From a virus (Duplodnaviria; Heunggongvirae; Uroviricota; Caudoviricetes), in IMG/VR virus record IMGVR_UViG_2861079508_000006: 46,151 bases of DNA. One strand, 5' to 3'. Below, piece after piece: positions 10,629 to 25,665 of this stretch; the first letter of the stretch is position 1, and every line of letters begins with the position of its first letter. A model generated the notes under the pieces. That model saw only the letters and a program-made list of their open reading frames with translations, was not told where the DNA came from and did no database searches. Position numbers and translations under genes: made by a program.

Positions 10629-11327
10629 TTACTGCGAAAGTTTGTTAATGGAAAGGAAGCCGCCAAAGTTGCCGACGTTATTGCGAAACTTACAGCCGCT
10701 CAGGCATTTGCTGCATTTATCCTTCGTGATATCGGACGTCGGCTGGTCATATTCATCCGCGACTGCCGGACCGTGATAACCGCACTCATCACCGCGATAG
10801 GTCCAGGTGCAGGTGTTGGCCAGCATGATACGTCCCGGAAAAACAGCGCCATCCGTTTCCGTCGGCGTGGACAGTACAAAGGAGGCACTCACCGCGCTCA
10901 GTTCGCTGCACTGCTCGATGCGCCAGCGGCTGATCACCTCCTGCTCCGGATCGGCGTCACTGTTTCCGTTGACGAAGTTCACCGCATCCAGAAAACGGGC
11001 GTAAACCTTACGCCGGACCACCGTTCCGCCGACCAGACTCTGCAGATCTTCCGCCATCCCGGTGACCATACCGTACAGGTTAGAAACCGTCAGCGTGGGG
11101 CGCGTACTGGTGCCTTTGCCATTCAGTTCAAAACCGCTCCCCTGAATGGGATACGGCTGATACTGTCGCACCTGCCAGGTGACCGGCTCACCTTTTTCGT
11201 TCTGCTCATTACAGAAAAAATAACGTTCTCCACCGACCTCTGTCAGGTCGATTTCCCAGAGCACCACGCTGGCCGACTGCTCCGCACGGGTGCATTCATT
11301 CAGTGTTTCCTGCCGGATATCCTGCAT
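10629..11327 (-). CDS. L: tail tip protein L
   Basis: 232-aa ORF matching recalled lambda gpL. Confidence 0.9.
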   Translation of the reverse strand: MQDIRQETLNECTRAEQSASVVLWEIDLTEVGGERYFFCNEQNEKGEPVTWQVRQYQPYPIQGSGFELNGKGTSTRPTLTVSNLYGMVTGMAEDLQSLVGGTVVRRKVYARFLDAVNFVNGNSDADPEQEVISRWRIEQCSELSAVSASFVLSTPTETDGAVFPGRIMLANTCTWTYRGDECGYHGPAVADEYDQPTSDITKDKCSKCLSGCKFRNNVGNFGGFLSINKLSQ

Positions 11328-11656
11328 CAGTTCACCACCTGTTCAAACTCTGCGCTGAACTCAACACGCAGCATACTGACCCGCGACGACCATTTTGCGC
11401 AGGTCACCTTTATCTGCCGCCACTCATAAGGCGGCGTCCACAGAAAGGCTTTCCAGCCCCCGTGCTCTTCCAGAAACGACTCCAGCGCCGTGGCCTCCCA
11501 ACGGGGGACAGAAAGCGTCACGCTGTACGTTTTCAGGTTGGCATTCAGCCCGGCAGGCGCTCGCTGGGAATAGCCATCACCAAAGCGCACCTTTCTTACA
11601 GAAGGGGCCGAAGCCACATCCATACCGGGTTTCACTTTCCAGCGGAAGGTTTTCAT
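11327..11656 (-). CDS. M: tail tip protein M
   Basis: 109-aa ORF matching recalled lambda gpM. Confidence 0.9.
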   Translation of the reverse strand: MKTFRWKVKPGMDVASAPSVRKVRFGDGYSQRAPAGLNANLKTYSVTLSVPRWEATALESFLEEHGGWKAFLWTPPYEWRQIKVTCAKWSSRVSMLRVEFSAEFEQVVN

Positions 11657-14214
11657 CGTCCACCTCCGGAGAACAGGCCACCATCGCGCATCTGTGCCTG
11701 GATTTCATCACGGGCACCCTTGCGGGCCATGTCATACACCGCCTTCATCATCTGTGGACCTGGCAGACCATTCGTACCGTCGTTCTGAATCACCACGTTG
11801 TTGTTCTGCTCAAACCTGATACCCTCTGAACGCCGCATTTGCGCCGGACTTCCGGTGCCACCGACATAACCGCCGGTGGCATAGCCGCGCATCAGCCGGT
11901 AGAGATTTCCCACGCCAATCCGGCTGGTTGCCTCCTTCGTGAAGACAAACTCACCACGGTGAACAATCCCCGCTGGCTCATATTTGCCGCCGGTTCCCGT
12001 AAATCCTCCGGTTGCAAAATGGAATTTCGCCGCAGCGGCCTGAATGGCTGTACCGCCTGACGCGGATGCGCCGCCACCAACAGCCCCGCCAATGGCGCTG
12101 CCGATACTCCCGACAATCCCCACCATTGCCTGCTTAAGCAGAATTTCTGTCATCATGGACAGCACGGAACGGGTGAAGCTGCGCCAGTTCTGTTCACTGC
12201 CGGTCAGCATCGCCGCCATATTCTGCGCAATACCATCAAAGGTCTGCGTGGCAGCACTTTTAACCTGCGACATACTGTCCGTGGCACTCTCTTTCCACTC
12301 GCTCCAGCCGGACCTGAGGCCTGCCATCCAGTTCCCGCGAAGCAGGTCTTCAGCCGCCCAGGTCTTTTTCTGCTCTGACATGACGTTATTCAGCGCCAGA
12401 GGATTATCGCCATACTGTTCCTTCAGGCGCTGTTCCGTGGCTTCCCGTTCTGCCTGCCGGTCAGTCAGCCCCCGGCTTTTCGCATCAATAGCGGCCCGTT
12501 TTGCCCGTTGCTGCTGTGCGAATTTATCCGCCTGCTGCGCCAGCGCGTTCAGGCGCTCCTGATACGTAACCTTGTCGCCAAGTGCAGCCAGCTGGCGTTT
12601 GTACTCCAGCGTCTCATCTTTATGCGCCAGCAGGGATTTCTCCTGTGCAGACAGCTGGCGACGTTGCGCCGCCTCCTCCAGTACCGCGAACTGACTCTCC
12701 GCCTTCCACAAATCCCGGCGCTGCTGGCTGATTTTCTCATTCGCTCCGGCATGCTTCTCCAGCGTCCGGAGTTCTGCCTGAAGCGTCAGCAGGGCAGCAT
12801 GAGCACTGTCTTCCTGACGATCGCCCGCAGACACCTTCACGCCGGACTGTTTCGGCTTTTTCAGCGTCGCTTCATAGCCCTTTTTCGCTGCCGCCATCAG
12901 CGTGTTGTAATCTGCCTGCAGGATTTTCCCGTCTTTCAGTGCCTTATTCAGTTCCTCCTGGCGGGCGGTATATTTCTCCAGCGGTGTCTGCAGCCGTTCG
13001 TAAGCCTTCTGCGCCTCTTCGGTATATTTCAGCCGTGATGCTTCGGTATCGCTCTGCTGCTGCGCATTTTTGTCCTGTTGACTCTGCTGTTCAGCCTTCT
13101 TTCGGGCGGCTTCAAGCGCAAGACTGGCCTTTTCACGATCATCCCAGTAACGCGCCCGCGCTTCATCGTTAACAAAATAATCATCCTTGCGCAGATTCCA
13201 GATGTCGTCCGCTTTCTTAAACGCAGCCTCTGCCTTAATCAGCATCTCCTGAGCGGTATCAGGACGACCAATATCCAGCACCGCATCCCACATGGATTTG
13301 AATGCTCGTGCTGTCCTGTCTGCCCAGGTTTCCAGCGTGCCCATGTTCTCTTTCAGGCGTCGGGTCTGGTCATCAAACCCTTTCGTTGCGGCCTCGTTCG
13401 CCGCCTGCAATGCCCCGGCTTCATCGCCGGAACGCTGCAACTGAGCAACATACGCAATCTGTTCCGCCGTCACGTTATGGAACTGGCGTGCCATCGCCGT
13501 CAACCCCGACGTCGGGTCTGTGGTCAGCTTCCCGAAGGCTTCAGCGACCTTGTCCACCTCCACACCGGATGCAGAGGAGAAACGCGCCACACTCTGGCTG
13601 ATGGACGCAATCTGAGCCTCACCGCTTACCCCCGCCTTAACCAGTGCGCTGAGTGACTCGCTGGTCTGGTTAAACGTCAACCCTGCCGCCTGCCCGGCTC
13701 TGGACAGGACCAGCATACGATCTGCCGTCAGACCCGACTGATTACCGGAAAGGACCAGCGTTTTGTTGAAATCGGACAGGGTTGAGTTGCCCTGATACCA
13801 GGCATACGCCAGCGCACCGGTCGCCACCGCCAGCGAGGTGGCCCCCACCATCGGCAGGGTGATCGCACCGGCAAGCCCCCTGAACATGGGGATCATCCCG
13901 CCGAAGGAGTCCTTAACCTGACCACCCTGTTGCAGCAGGATCAGCCACGGACTTTGCCCGCCTGCAAGCTGCGTGGCCACGTCGGTGAACTGCGCAGGCA
14001 GCATACGCATGGCGGCTTTGTACTGCCCGACGGAAATCCCCGCTTTCTGTGCAGCCAGCGCCTGTCGGCTCAGCGACTGTTCAACGACTGCCGCTGTTTT
14101 TTTCGCATCACTTTCCGTACCGGAAAAATGACGCCTGACTCTGGCCATCTGCTCGTCAAATCTGGCCGCATCCAGACTCAAATCAACGACCAGATCGCCT
14201 ACCGGTTCAGCCAT
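11653..14214 (-). CDS. H: tape measure protein H
   Basis: 853-aa ORF, same length as lambda gpH, coiled-coil rich. Confidence 0.9.
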   Translation of the reverse strand: MAEPVGDLVVDLSLDAARFDEQMARVRRHFSGTESDAKKTAAVVEQSLSRQALAAQKAGISVGQYKAAMRMLPAQFTDVATQLAGGQSPWLILLQQGGQVKDSFGGMIPMFRGLAGAITLPMVGATSLAVATGALAYAWYQGNSTLSDFNKTLVLSGNQSGLTADRMLVLSRAGQAAGLTFNQTSESLSALVKAGVSGEAQIASISQSVARFSSASGVEVDKVAEAFGKLTTDPTSGLTAMARQFHNVTAEQIAYVAQLQRSGDEAGALQAANEAATKGFDDQTRRLKENMGTLETWADRTARAFKSMWDAVLDIGRPDTAQEMLIKAEAAFKKADDIWNLRKDDYFVNDEARARYWDDREKASLALEAARKKAEQQSQQDKNAQQQSDTEASRLKYTEEAQKAYERLQTPLEKYTARQEELNKALKDGKILQADYNTLMAAAKKGYEATLKKPKQSGVKVSAGDRQEDSAHAALLTLQAELRTLEKHAGANEKISQQRRDLWKAESQFAVLEEAAQRRQLSAQEKSLLAHKDETLEYKRQLAALGDKVTYQERLNALAQQADKFAQQQRAKRAAIDAKSRGLTDRQAEREATEQRLKEQYGDNPLALNNVMSEQKKTWAAEDLLRGNWMAGLRSGWSEWKESATDSMSQVKSAATQTFDGIAQNMAAMLTGSEQNWRSFTRSVLSMMTEILLKQAMVGIVGSIGSAIGGAVGGGASASGGTAIQAAAAKFHFATGGFTGTGGKYEPAGIVHRGEFVFTKEATSRIGVGNLYRLMRGYATGGYVGGTGSPAQMRRSEGIRFEQNNNVVIQNDGTNGLPGPQMMKAVYDMARKGARDEIQAQMRDGGLFSGGGR

Positions 14215-14641
14215 ACCGGACTCCTCCTGCGATCCCTTCTGATACTGTCATCAGCATTACGTCATCCTCCGTCATGTCCGCCACATCCGGGGAAACGGGG
14301 ATAACTTCATTCCCGTCCGGGCCAAAACGAACGCCTCCGGCAAGCCCTGCCGCTTTCTGCATCAGCACATCATCTTCAGGCTCTTCGTCAGCCTCGCGCC
14401 GGTTCAGCAGACTGAAATCCAGCGGATGCATCTCCGGATCGCTGAAAAACAGGCTGAGCACGGTGTACGTCAGCCCGGAAAAGTGCATATCCAACAGAAC
14501 ATCATGAAAATAATGGGTACTGTAAAAACGGTGCCAGTCGGCATACTCCGTGGATGACATCCCGGCAAGCATGGCACGCCAGTCGGGTCGCCCCATCTCA
14601 CGCGCCAGTTTCAGGGCAAAACTCAGCTCACCGTCGAACAC
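14207..14641 (-). CDS. T: T segment of the G-T tail assembly chaperone (made by -1 frameshift from G)
   Basis: 144-aa ORF overlapping the end of G in the -1 frame; slippery heptamer at its 5' end. Confidence 0.8.
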   Translation of the reverse strand: MFDGELSFALKLAREMGRPDWRAMLAGMSSTEYADWHRFYSTHYFHDVLLDMHFSGLTYTVLSLFFSDPEMHPLDFSLLNRREADEEPEDDVLMQKAAGLAGGVRFGPDGNEVIPVSPDVADMTEDDVMLMTVSEGIAGGVRYG

Positions 14642-15045
14642 TTTCCCGCAGAAACAGGCTCTGCAGGCCCGGCGTCCTCTGTCTGTTCAGGGGCATTATT
14701 CACAACAAACTCATACATACCAGACAGCCGGTACACCACGTTTTCAGCATGAGAAATTGCCTCCGTGGGCCAGGTGGTAAGCACTTCCTGCTCAATCTGT
14801 TTAACGGCTTCATTCATGGAAGGCAGCTTTGTCTTCTGCGGATGGTTATGCCACAGGGACATCGCCACCACAAAAGCACCGGTTCTGATGGCGTCTTCCA
14901 CAGTAAACTTCCGGTTGCTGTCTGACTCCGCCTGTTCTGCCTGCCGTTTCATCAGGGCGAGATGCTCAATACGCTGCAGGGCTGACAGTTCAGAAAGCGT
15001 GACGGTCACACCGTTATGTTCAAATGATTCGGTTTTCAGGAACAT
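14623..15045 (-). CDS. G: tail assembly chaperone G
   Basis: 140-aa ORF matching recalled lambda gpG. Confidence 0.9.
   Translation of the reverse strand: MFLKTESFEHNGVTVTLSELSALQRIEHLALMKRQAEQAESDSNRKFTVEDAIRTGAFVVAMSLWHNHPQKTKLPSMNEAVKQIEQEVLTTWPTEAISHAENVVYRLSGMYEFVVNNAPEQTEDAGPAEPVSAGKCSTVS
14641..14647 (-). other. G-T programmed -1 frameshift slippery heptamer GGGAAAG
   Basis: Plus strand reads ctttccc at 14641-14647, which is GGGAAAG on the coding strand near the end of G. Confidence 0.75.
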
Positions 15046-15060
15046 CGCTGACTCTCCGGA

Positions 15061-15801
15061 TTAACTGGCGGTGACGTTGATTTCTGCAACCGCAGCAAGT
15101 TCACCATTACCGGATACGACCGGAATGTTGACCTTGCCTGCAGCAACGCCGTTCACGGTGATGGTCATACCACTGACCGACACGGTGGCTTTTGTTTTAT
15201 CCGCAGACACCGCACGGAAGCTCTTGTCGGTTGCGCCTTCCGGCTGGAATGCCACGGTCAGCGTCGTGCTCTTCCCTTTCACCACCGAGGTGCTGGCAGG
15301 CGTCACGGTCATGCCGGTTGCCGCTGTTACCGTGCTGCGATCTTCTACCATCGACGGACGTCCCACATTGGTGACTTTCACCGTGCGGGTGATCACTTCC
15401 TTCGCCGTCACCGCCTTACCGATACTGCTGACCCAGCCGCGGAACACATCGATCGTGCCGTTCGGGAAGCGGATTTTATAGGCACGGGTATCACCTTCAT
15501 TAAACCACGCCAGCAGCGCCTGCTGCCCCTGCTCTCCGGGCATCCACGCCAGCGTGAAGCTGGTATCTCCGGCAGATTTCTGCCCCTGTCCGGTCGCGGT
15601 CCAGTCCGCATCTTCATCATCGAGATAACTGTCGTCATAGGACTCAGCGGTCAGTTCGCCGGGCGTCAGGTCTTTAACCTTTGCCAGACGCGACCAGTCA
15701 TTGTCTGAAAGCGGGTTTGCATAAGGGTCGCCGCTCCCGTTATAAACCCACAGTGTGGTCCCGGCCCCTTTCACCGGTGCCAGAGGATTTGGTGTTGGCA
15801 T
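15061..15801 (-). CDS. V: major tail tube protein V
   Basis: Start placed at the internal Met (MPTPNP) to give 246 aa as in lambda gpV; C-terminal Ig-like region present. Confidence 0.9.
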   Translation of the reverse strand: MPTPNPLAPVKGAGTTLWVYNGSGDPYANPLSDNDWSRLAKVKDLTPGELTAESYDDSYLDDEDADWTATGQGQKSAGDTSFTLAWMPGEQGQQALLAWFNEGDTRAYKIRFPNGTIDVFRGWVSSIGKAVTAKEVITRTVKVTNVGRPSMVEDRSTVTAATGMTVTPASTSVVKGKSTTLTVAFQPEGATDKSFRAVSADKTKATVSVSGMTITVNGVAAGKVNIPVVSGNGELAAVAEINVTAS

Positions 15802-15808
15802 ATCGTCC

Positions 15809-16204
15809 TCACATTTCATAGGTAATGACATAAGTCAGATCAGCTGAACTCCACAGGCCCGCATCATCGTCGCGCCGGTAGTCATAGCCACTGGCCACCA
15901 TACTGGTGATCAAATCTGACAGTGCCGGGATATCGCTCATCACCGGATAAATCCGGGACTCCATCCACGCATCCAGCTCTGAATCCGGCACCTGAGCAGG
16001 CAGGAAAACTTCAATATGCAGCTCCGCCTGCCAGGTATCGCTGTCCAGCTCTTCGCCCGTGTATTCAGCGCCGGTGAGATAAACGGCAATTGCCGGAAAA
16101 TCTTCCTCATCAAAAACAGCGGGGCGACCATCAAAAAGCGTCGCCCCGGTGTCATGCTTCTCCAGTGCATCCAGTACGGCTGCACGGAGTTCAGTATGTT
16201 TCAT
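15809..16204 (-). CDS. U: tail terminator protein U
   Basis: 131-aa ORF matching recalled lambda gpU. Confidence 0.9.
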   Translation of the reverse strand: MKHTELRAAVLDALEKHDTGATLFDGRPAVFDEEDFPAIAVYLTGAEYTGEELDSDTWQAELHIEVFLPAQVPDSELDAWMESRIYPVMSDIPALSDLITSMVASGYDYRRDDDAGLWSSADLTYVITYEM

Positions 16205-16779
16205 CGCTTTATTACCATTCTCAGTTGATGCTGCAGCGCATAGCCCAGCTCTTTCGGAAGACGTTCACGCCGTATCCGTTCAATATTCTGTTTAAACGCC
16301 GTGGTCAGCGGCACCGCCATCGGGATTTTCACCACATCAATGGGGTAACGGTTTTTCCCGGCCACACGCTGCATGACATGCCACCGGCCATTTTTCAGTT
16401 GCTGAATAAACGCGCCGGGAATACGACGGTTTCCCACCACAAGCACGCTGCCGCCACCTTTCAGGGATGAACGCTGCCCCTTTTTACGACGTCTGCGGCG
16501 GGAAAGGACAACCCGCGCGTTACCCAGCTTGATTACGGGCAAATCCCCCCGGTTAACCCTGATTCTGGCCTGCGGATTTTTGACCGTGGCCCTTTTCAGC
16601 CTGGCCCTTTCCTTTACCAGTTTCCGGCGTACCTTTGTCTCACGGGCAACCTGTGCCACCGACTGCGATATCGCGGATGAAGCAACGCGGTTAATGGCCA
16701 TTGCGGCGGCACCGGGCACCGCCGTTCTGCTGATACGGCTTAGGTTTTCAACGGCCTGCTCAAGACCTTTTATGGCCAT
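16201..16779 (-). CDS. Z: tail completion protein Z
   Basis: 192-aa ORF matching recalled lambda gpZ. Confidence 0.9.
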   Translation of the reverse strand: MAIKGLEQAVENLSRISRTAVPGAAAMAINRVASSAISQSVAQVARETKVRRKLVKERARLKRATVKNPQARIRVNRGDLPVIKLGNARVVLSRRRRRKKGQRSSLKGGGSVLVVGNRRIPGAFIQQLKNGRWHVMQRVAGKNRYPIDVVKIPMAVPLTTAFKQNIERIRRERLPKELGYALQHQLRMVIKR

Positions 16780-16790
16780 ACATCCCCCTT

Positions 16791-17144
16791 TCAGCGGCGA
16801 CGGTTAACGGCAGGCGGTACGCCCCGCCCAAGCCAGAGATGACAGCTTCCGCCATCATCCGGCGAAATCCGGTCTATCCAGAAGTTTTCCTCACCGATGG
16901 TCAGCGTGTCGCCGCGCCGCAGCTGCCGCACCTCATCAGTCCGGACAAACAGGGACGGGCTGGAGCCTTCAACGCGCACGCCCTGTCCGGCATAGCTGAT
17001 ATTTTCAGGGTCATCAAAAACACCACGTATCACAGCACCGGACTGCTCACCGGATGTCATGGTGGCTGACGTTCCCATGTACCCGCGTATCGTTTCATCG
17101 GCGCAGGCAATGGCAGCATCGAACAGGTTATCGAAATCAGCCAC
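16791..17144 (-). CDS. FII: head-tail connector protein FII
   Basis: 117-aa ORF matching recalled lambda gpFII. Confidence 0.9.
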   Translation of the reverse strand: MADFDNLFDAAIACADETIRGYMGTSATMTSGEQSGAVIRGVFDDPENISYAGQGVRVEGSSPSLFVRTDEVRQLRRGDTLTIGEENFWIDRISPDDGGSCHLWLGRGVPPAVNRRR

Positions 17145-17155
17145 AGCGCCTCCCG

Positions 17156-17551
17156 TTATTGCATTCTGGCCAGGCCGCGCTCTGTCATTTCAGCTGCCAC
17201 ACCGGCAGAGACACGGAACGCCGTTCCCGGCAGCACAAATGCCACAGCCTCATCCCGCGTGGCGTGAAGTGCATCAGTATGCAGCGTCACCAGTGCCACA
17301 ACCGTGACCAGATCAGCCGTATCAGTCACGGTATCCGGCTGCGCTGATACAACCTCATTTTCATGTCCGGTCAGCACATTTTCCGGGCTGAGAGGGGTCT
17401 CCTGACCGGCAGTGTCGCCCGTGTCATCAAGCTCTTCTTCCAGCTCTGCCACACGGAGCGCCAGTTCTTCTTTCGTCCCCGTCAGGCTGATATCACGGTT
17501 CAGTTGTTCACCCAGCGAGCGGAGACGGGCAATCAGTTCATCTTTCGTCAT
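17156..17551 (-). CDS. FI: DNA packaging protein FI
   Basis: Start placed at the internal Met (MTKDELIARL) to match lambda gpFI. Confidence 0.85.
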   Translation of the reverse strand: MTKDELIARLRSLGEQLNRDISLTGTKEELALRVAELEEELDDTGDTAGQETPLSPENVLTGHENEVVSAQPDTVTDTADLVTVVALVTLHTDALHATRDEAVAFVLPGTAFRVSAGVAAEMTERGLARMQ

Positions 17552-17592
17552 GGACTCCTCCACAGAGAAACAATGGCCCCGAAGGGCCATGA

Positions 17593-18618
17593 TTACGCCA
17601 GTTGTACAGACACGAACTCATCAGGGTCAGCCAGCAGCATCAGCGGTGCTGACTGAATCATGGTGAACTCACGCGCCGGGTCGCCGGTGGTCACCCAGTT
17701 TTTCGGGTAACGGGCAGAGGCGTTAATGCCTTCGCGCTGTGCGTCCGCATCCTGAATGCAACCATAGGTGCGCAGACCGCGTGCCTGAGTGTTCCCCAGC
17801 ACCATCGTGTTGTCCGGCAGGAAGTTCTTTTTGACGCCGTTTTCCACGTACTGTCCGGAATACACGACGATGGCCACATCGCCATACATTCCCTTATAAG
17901 ACACCGCTTTGCCCAGGTCTTTTACCGCTGTCTCCAGCTCGGAATGAGAGCCGCGACGGGTATCCAGCTTCTCCCTGACGGCCTTGAAGGAACGGAACAG
18001 CGCCCAGCCTTTCGGATCAAACACGATGATATTCACCACACCGCTGGCGTTCAGCGCGTAGGCTTCGATATCGTCGGTCGGGTCATACGTGGACTTGTCA
18101 CGCTTGCTCCACTCCGTGCCGCCGGACTGCGTGATGTTATTCGCCGCACTGCGGCCCATATCCACCTCAACCGGATCGAAGGCTTCACCGGTCATGGTGT
18201 ATTTGCCCTTAAGCACGGCAGAAACTGCCTGCATCTCTTCGACCTGGGCAATCGCCAGATTTTCATCCAGCATATTCTGCCGAATAATACGGCGACGACG
18301 GTAAGCCGGGTCAGCCAGGTTCTGCGGATCTTCATCCGGCAGGCGACGCAGGGTCATCTGCGGATTCACCTCATGCTTGGGTTTGACATAACCCGGCGTA
18401 AATTCAGAGGTGGAGCCGCCACGGGATCGGATAACCTCACCGGAAACAATCGGCGAAACGTACAGCGCCATGTTTACCAGTCCCGGAATTTGTGAGAGAT
18501 AGACTTTTTCCGTGGTGAAAGGATAGGTTTCACGGAAAAACAGGCGCAGAAACAGCGGATCGAACTTAAAGTGATGCTGGGTCGATGCCAGTAATTCTGC
18601 AGTTGTATATACAGACAT
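17593..18618 (-). CDS. E: major capsid protein E
   Basis: 341-aa ORF matching recalled lambda gpE. Confidence 0.95.
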   Translation of the reverse strand: MSVYTTAELLASTQHHFKFDPLFLRLFFRETYPFTTEKVYLSQIPGLVNMALYVSPIVSGEVIRSRGGSTSEFTPGYVKPKHEVNPQMTLRRLPDEDPQNLADPAYRRRRIIRQNMLDENLAIAQVEEMQAVSAVLKGKYTMTGEAFDPVEVDMGRSAANNITQSGGTEWSKRDKSTYDPTDDIEAYALNASGVVNIIVFDPKGWALFRSFKAVREKLDTRRGSHSELETAVKDLGKAVSYKGMYGDVAIVVYSGQYVENGVKKNFLPDNTMVLGNTQARGLRTYGCIQDADAQREGINASARYPKNWVTTGDPAREFTMIQSAPLMLLADPDEFVSVQLA

Positions 18619-18673
18619 AAATTATTTCCATAAAAAAAGCCGCACAGGCGGCCTTTGTTGATGAAGGGGAAGA

Positions 18674-19006
18674 TTAAACGATGCTGATTGCCGTTCCGGC
18701 AAACGCGGTCCGTTTTTTAGTCTCGTCGCTGGCAGCCTCCGGCCAGAGCACATCCTCATAACGGAACGAGCCGGACTTGTAGAACGTCAGTGTGGTGCTG
18801 GTCTGGTCAGCAGCAACCGCCAGAATGCCAACGGCTGCACCGTCGGTGGTGCCATCCCACACAACCAGCTTACGGGTAGTGCCATCCAGCATCAGCGGGG
18901 TCATTGCAGGCGTTTTCGCACTCAATCCGCCAGGCGCAATTGCTGTATGAGCCGGATCACTGTTACCCAGCGGCTGGTAATGGTTAAACTCTTCTTTTGT
19001 CGCCAT
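18674..19006 (-). CDS. D: capsid decoration protein D
   Basis: 110-aa ORF matching recalled lambda gpD. Confidence 0.9.
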   Translation of the reverse strand: MATKEEFNHYQPLGNSDPAHTAIAPGGLSAKTPAMTPLMLDGTTRKLVVWDGTTDGAAVGILAVAADQTSTTLTFYKSGSFRYEDVLWPEAASDETKKRTAFAGTAISIV

Positions 19007-19015
19007 AACTGCCTC

Positions 19016-20327
19016 TTATACCGGTAAAGCTTCAGGTGTATTAAGTAATTCTTTATTGGTATCAGATGCCAGGTTACCTGCAGCCAGCGGTGCCGGTGCA
19101 CCCTGCATCAGACGATCCAGCGCAGTGTCACTGCGCGCCTGTGCACTCTGTGGTGCTGCAGCCAGAATGCGGCGGGCCGTTTCCACGGTCATTCCGGGGG
19201 TTTCGGCCAGAACGCGCGCCTGTTCTTCGCGTCCGTGAGCCTCCTCACAGTTGAGGATCCCCATAATGCGGCTGTTTTCTGCCGCAACCGCTGCGGTGAT
19301 CTGCGCGTTCACGTCCGGCTGCGCCGCGCTGGCGTTTTCGCCCTCCGTCGCTGGCACCACGTCAGTAACGTCAGCCTGCGAAGCAGTGGCTGAAACAGTT
19401 GTTGATTGAGTCTCTTTGGTCATTCGCCCTCCTGAGAGACGGGATTTACGCGCATCCAGTGCATCACGCATGACGGTGATCGCATCGGTGCTGTTAACAA
19501 GTTCATCAGCCAGTCCGGCATCAATGGCCTCCTGACCGCTGTACACTGCAGCCTCGGTATCCAGCACAGCCTGCACAGACAGGCCGGTATATGCCGACAC
19601 CTTCTGCGCAAACATCTGGCGGGTTGCGTCCATCCGGGACTGCAGTGTCTCCCGGACGTCATCCGGAAGATGGCTGTAGGGATTGCCATCCACCTTATGG
19701 CTGCCGCTGTAAATCAGCGTGATTTCCACACCCTGTTTCTCCAGGGCAGCACCGTAATTACTGTGAGCCATCATGACGCCGATGGAGCCTGTCCGGGCGG
19801 TCTGCGTGACCAGACGCCGGGAGGCGGCACTGGCAAGCAGCTGACCTGCACTGCAGTTCATGTCGTTGGCCAGCGCCCATACCGGTTTTATGTCACGCAC
19901 ACGGGCGATGATGTCAGCGCAGTCAAATGCCCCCGCCACCATTCCGCCTGGCGTGTCCATATCGAGCAGAATGCCGTCCACCATCGGGTCGCTGGCAGCC
20001 TGTTGCAGACGGGCGATAATGCCGTTGTAACCGGTCATCCCCGAGTACGGCTGCAGCGCCCGCGTCCGGCTGACCAGCGTGCCGGACACCGGCAGCACGG
20101 CGATGCCGTTCATGACCTGATAACTGCGGGCCTGTCGTGGTCCGTCATCATCACCGGATAATGCCAGCGTCGCGAGTGCCTCCTGGGCAGTCAGGCTGTC
20201 GCCGGACACCGCATCCGTCAGGCGGCTGATCCCAAGCTGGCCTGCAAGCGCACAAAAGAAAACCCGCGCATAGGCGGGTTCAAGCATCAGCGGCTCATTA
20301 AAGGCCATGCTGGCAATATGCGGGAGA

Positions 20328-20347
<20 letters not shown>
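19016..20347 (-). CDS. C: capsid assembly protease C (with nested scaffold Nu3 reading frame)
   Basis: Start placed at GTG (rc of 20345-20347) to match the lambda gpC N-terminus; overlaps the 3' end of B as in lambda. Confidence 0.85.
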
Positions 20348-24029
<3,682 letters not shown>

Positions 24030-24055
<26 letters not shown>

Positions 24056-24575
24056 TCAGCAACCCCGGTATCAGTTCATCCAGCGCGGCTGCTTTGTTCA
24101 TGGCTTTGATGATATCCCGTTTCAGGAAATCAACATGTCGGTTTTCCAGTTCCGGAAAACGCCGCTGCACCGACAGGGGGATCCCGTCGAGAATACTGGC
24201 AATTTCACCTGCGATCCGCGACAGCACGAAAGTACAGAATGCGGTTTCCACCACTTCAGCGGAGTCTCTGGCATTTTTCAGCTCCTGTGCGTCGGCCTGT
24301 GCACGCGTAAGTCGGTGGCGTTCGTACTCAATAGTCCCTGGCTGGAGATCTGTCTCGCTGGCCTGCCGCAGTTCTTCAACTTCCCGGCGCAGCTTTTCGT
24401 TCTCAATTTCAGCATCCCTTTCGGCATACCATTTTATAACGGCGGCAGAGTCATAAAGCACCTCATTACCCTTGCCACCGCCTCGCAGAACGGGCATTCC
24501 CTGTTCCTGCCAGTTCTGAATGGTACGGATACTCGCACCGAAAATGTCAGCCAGCTGCTTTTTGTTGACTTCCAT
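24030..24575 (-). CDS. nu1: terminase small subunit Nu1
   Basis: 181-aa ORF matching recalled lambda Nu1. Confidence 0.9.
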
Positions 24576-24752
24576 TGTTCATTCCACGGCCAAAAACAGA
24601 GAAAGGAAACGACAGAGGCCCAAAAGTTCGTTTTCAGCACCTGTCGTTTCCTTTCTTTTCAGGGGGTATTTTAAATAAAAACATTAAGTTACGACGAAGA
24701 AGAACGGAAACGCCTTAAACCGGAAAATTTTCATAAATAGCGAAAACCCGCG

Positions 24753-24764
24753 AGGTCGCCGCCC
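24753..24764 (-). other. cos: cosN cohesive-end site (cosB lies between it and Nu1)
   Basis: Plus strand reads aggtcgccgccc, the reverse complement of the lambda cohesive end GGGCGGCGACCT; the sequence from here to Nu1 resembles the recalled lambda left end. Confidence 0.75.
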
Positions 24765-24963
24765 CGTAACCTGTCGGATCGCCGGAAAGGACCCGCAAAA
24801 TGATAATGATTATCATCTACATGTCACAACGTGCATCTACGCCATCAAACCACGTCAAATAATCAATTATGACGCAGGTATCGTATTAATTGATCTGCAT
24901 CAACTTAACGTAAAAACAACTTCAGACAATACAAATCAGTGACACTGAATACAGGGCAACCTC

Positions 24964-25197
24964 ATGTCAACGAAGAACAGAACCCGCAGAACAACAACCC
25001 GCAACATCCGCTTTCCTAACCAAATGATTGAACAAATTAACATCGCTCTTGATCAAAAAGGGTCCGGGAATTTCTCAGCCTGGGTCATTGAAGCCTGCCG
25101 CCGAAGACTGTGCTCAGAAAAAAGAGTTTCGCCTGAAGCAAACAAAGAAAAGAGTGACATTACTGAATTGCTCAGAAAGCAGGTCAGACCAGATTGA
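24964..25197 (+). CDS. hypothetical small protein, possibly ribbon-helix-helix DNA-binding
   Basis: 77-aa ORF with a basic N-terminus followed by an IRFPNQMIEQINIALDQ segment; weak assignment. Confidence 0.35.
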   Translation: MSTKNRTRRTTTRNIRFPNQMIEQINIALDQKGSGNFSAWVIEACRRRLCSEKRVSPEANKEKSDITELLRKQVRPD

Positions 25198-25254
25198 AGC
25201 AATTTAGATAATCGTGCAGACTAGGTACCTTCATATCACATGGAAGGTACTACA

Positions 25255-25665
25255 ATGGCTCAGGTTGCCATTTTTAAACAAATATTCGATAAAGTGCGAA
25301 ATAATTTAAACTATCACTGGTTTTATTCTGAACTAAAACGTCACAATGTCTCACATTACATTTACTATTTAGCCACAGAGAATATTCATCTTGTTCTTGA
25401 AAACGATAATACGGTTTTAATAAAAGGACAGAGTAAGGTTGTAAATGTAAGATTTTCAAAAAATAAATGCCTTATAGAAGCCACCTTAAAAGGATTCAAA
25501 TCAGGAGAGTTATCATTTTACGAATACAGGAAAAATCTTGCTACAGCAGGGGTTTTCAGATGGATTACAAATATCCACGAAAACAAAAGGTATTACTATA
25601 CCTTTGATAATTCATTACTCTTTACTGAGAACATTCAGAACACCACACAAATATTTCCGCACTAA
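25255..25665 (+). CDS. ybcV: YbcV-like protein (DUF1398-type)
   Basis: Start at the internal Met ([11 protein letters not shown]); AT-rich; resembles recalled DLP12 YbcV. Confidence 0.55.
   Translation: MAQVAIFKQIFDKVRNNLNYHWFYSELKRHNVSHYIYYLATENIHLVLENDNTVLIKGQSKVVNVRFSKNKCLIEATLKGFKSGELSFYEYRKNLATAGVFRWITNIHENKRYYYTFDNSLLFTENIQNTTQIFPH

Noticed and set aside
12044-13656. Several 170-190-aa plus-strand ORFs antisense to the tape measure gene H
   Set aside because: Overlap a confidently identified 853-aa gene; no start context or recognisable protein features.
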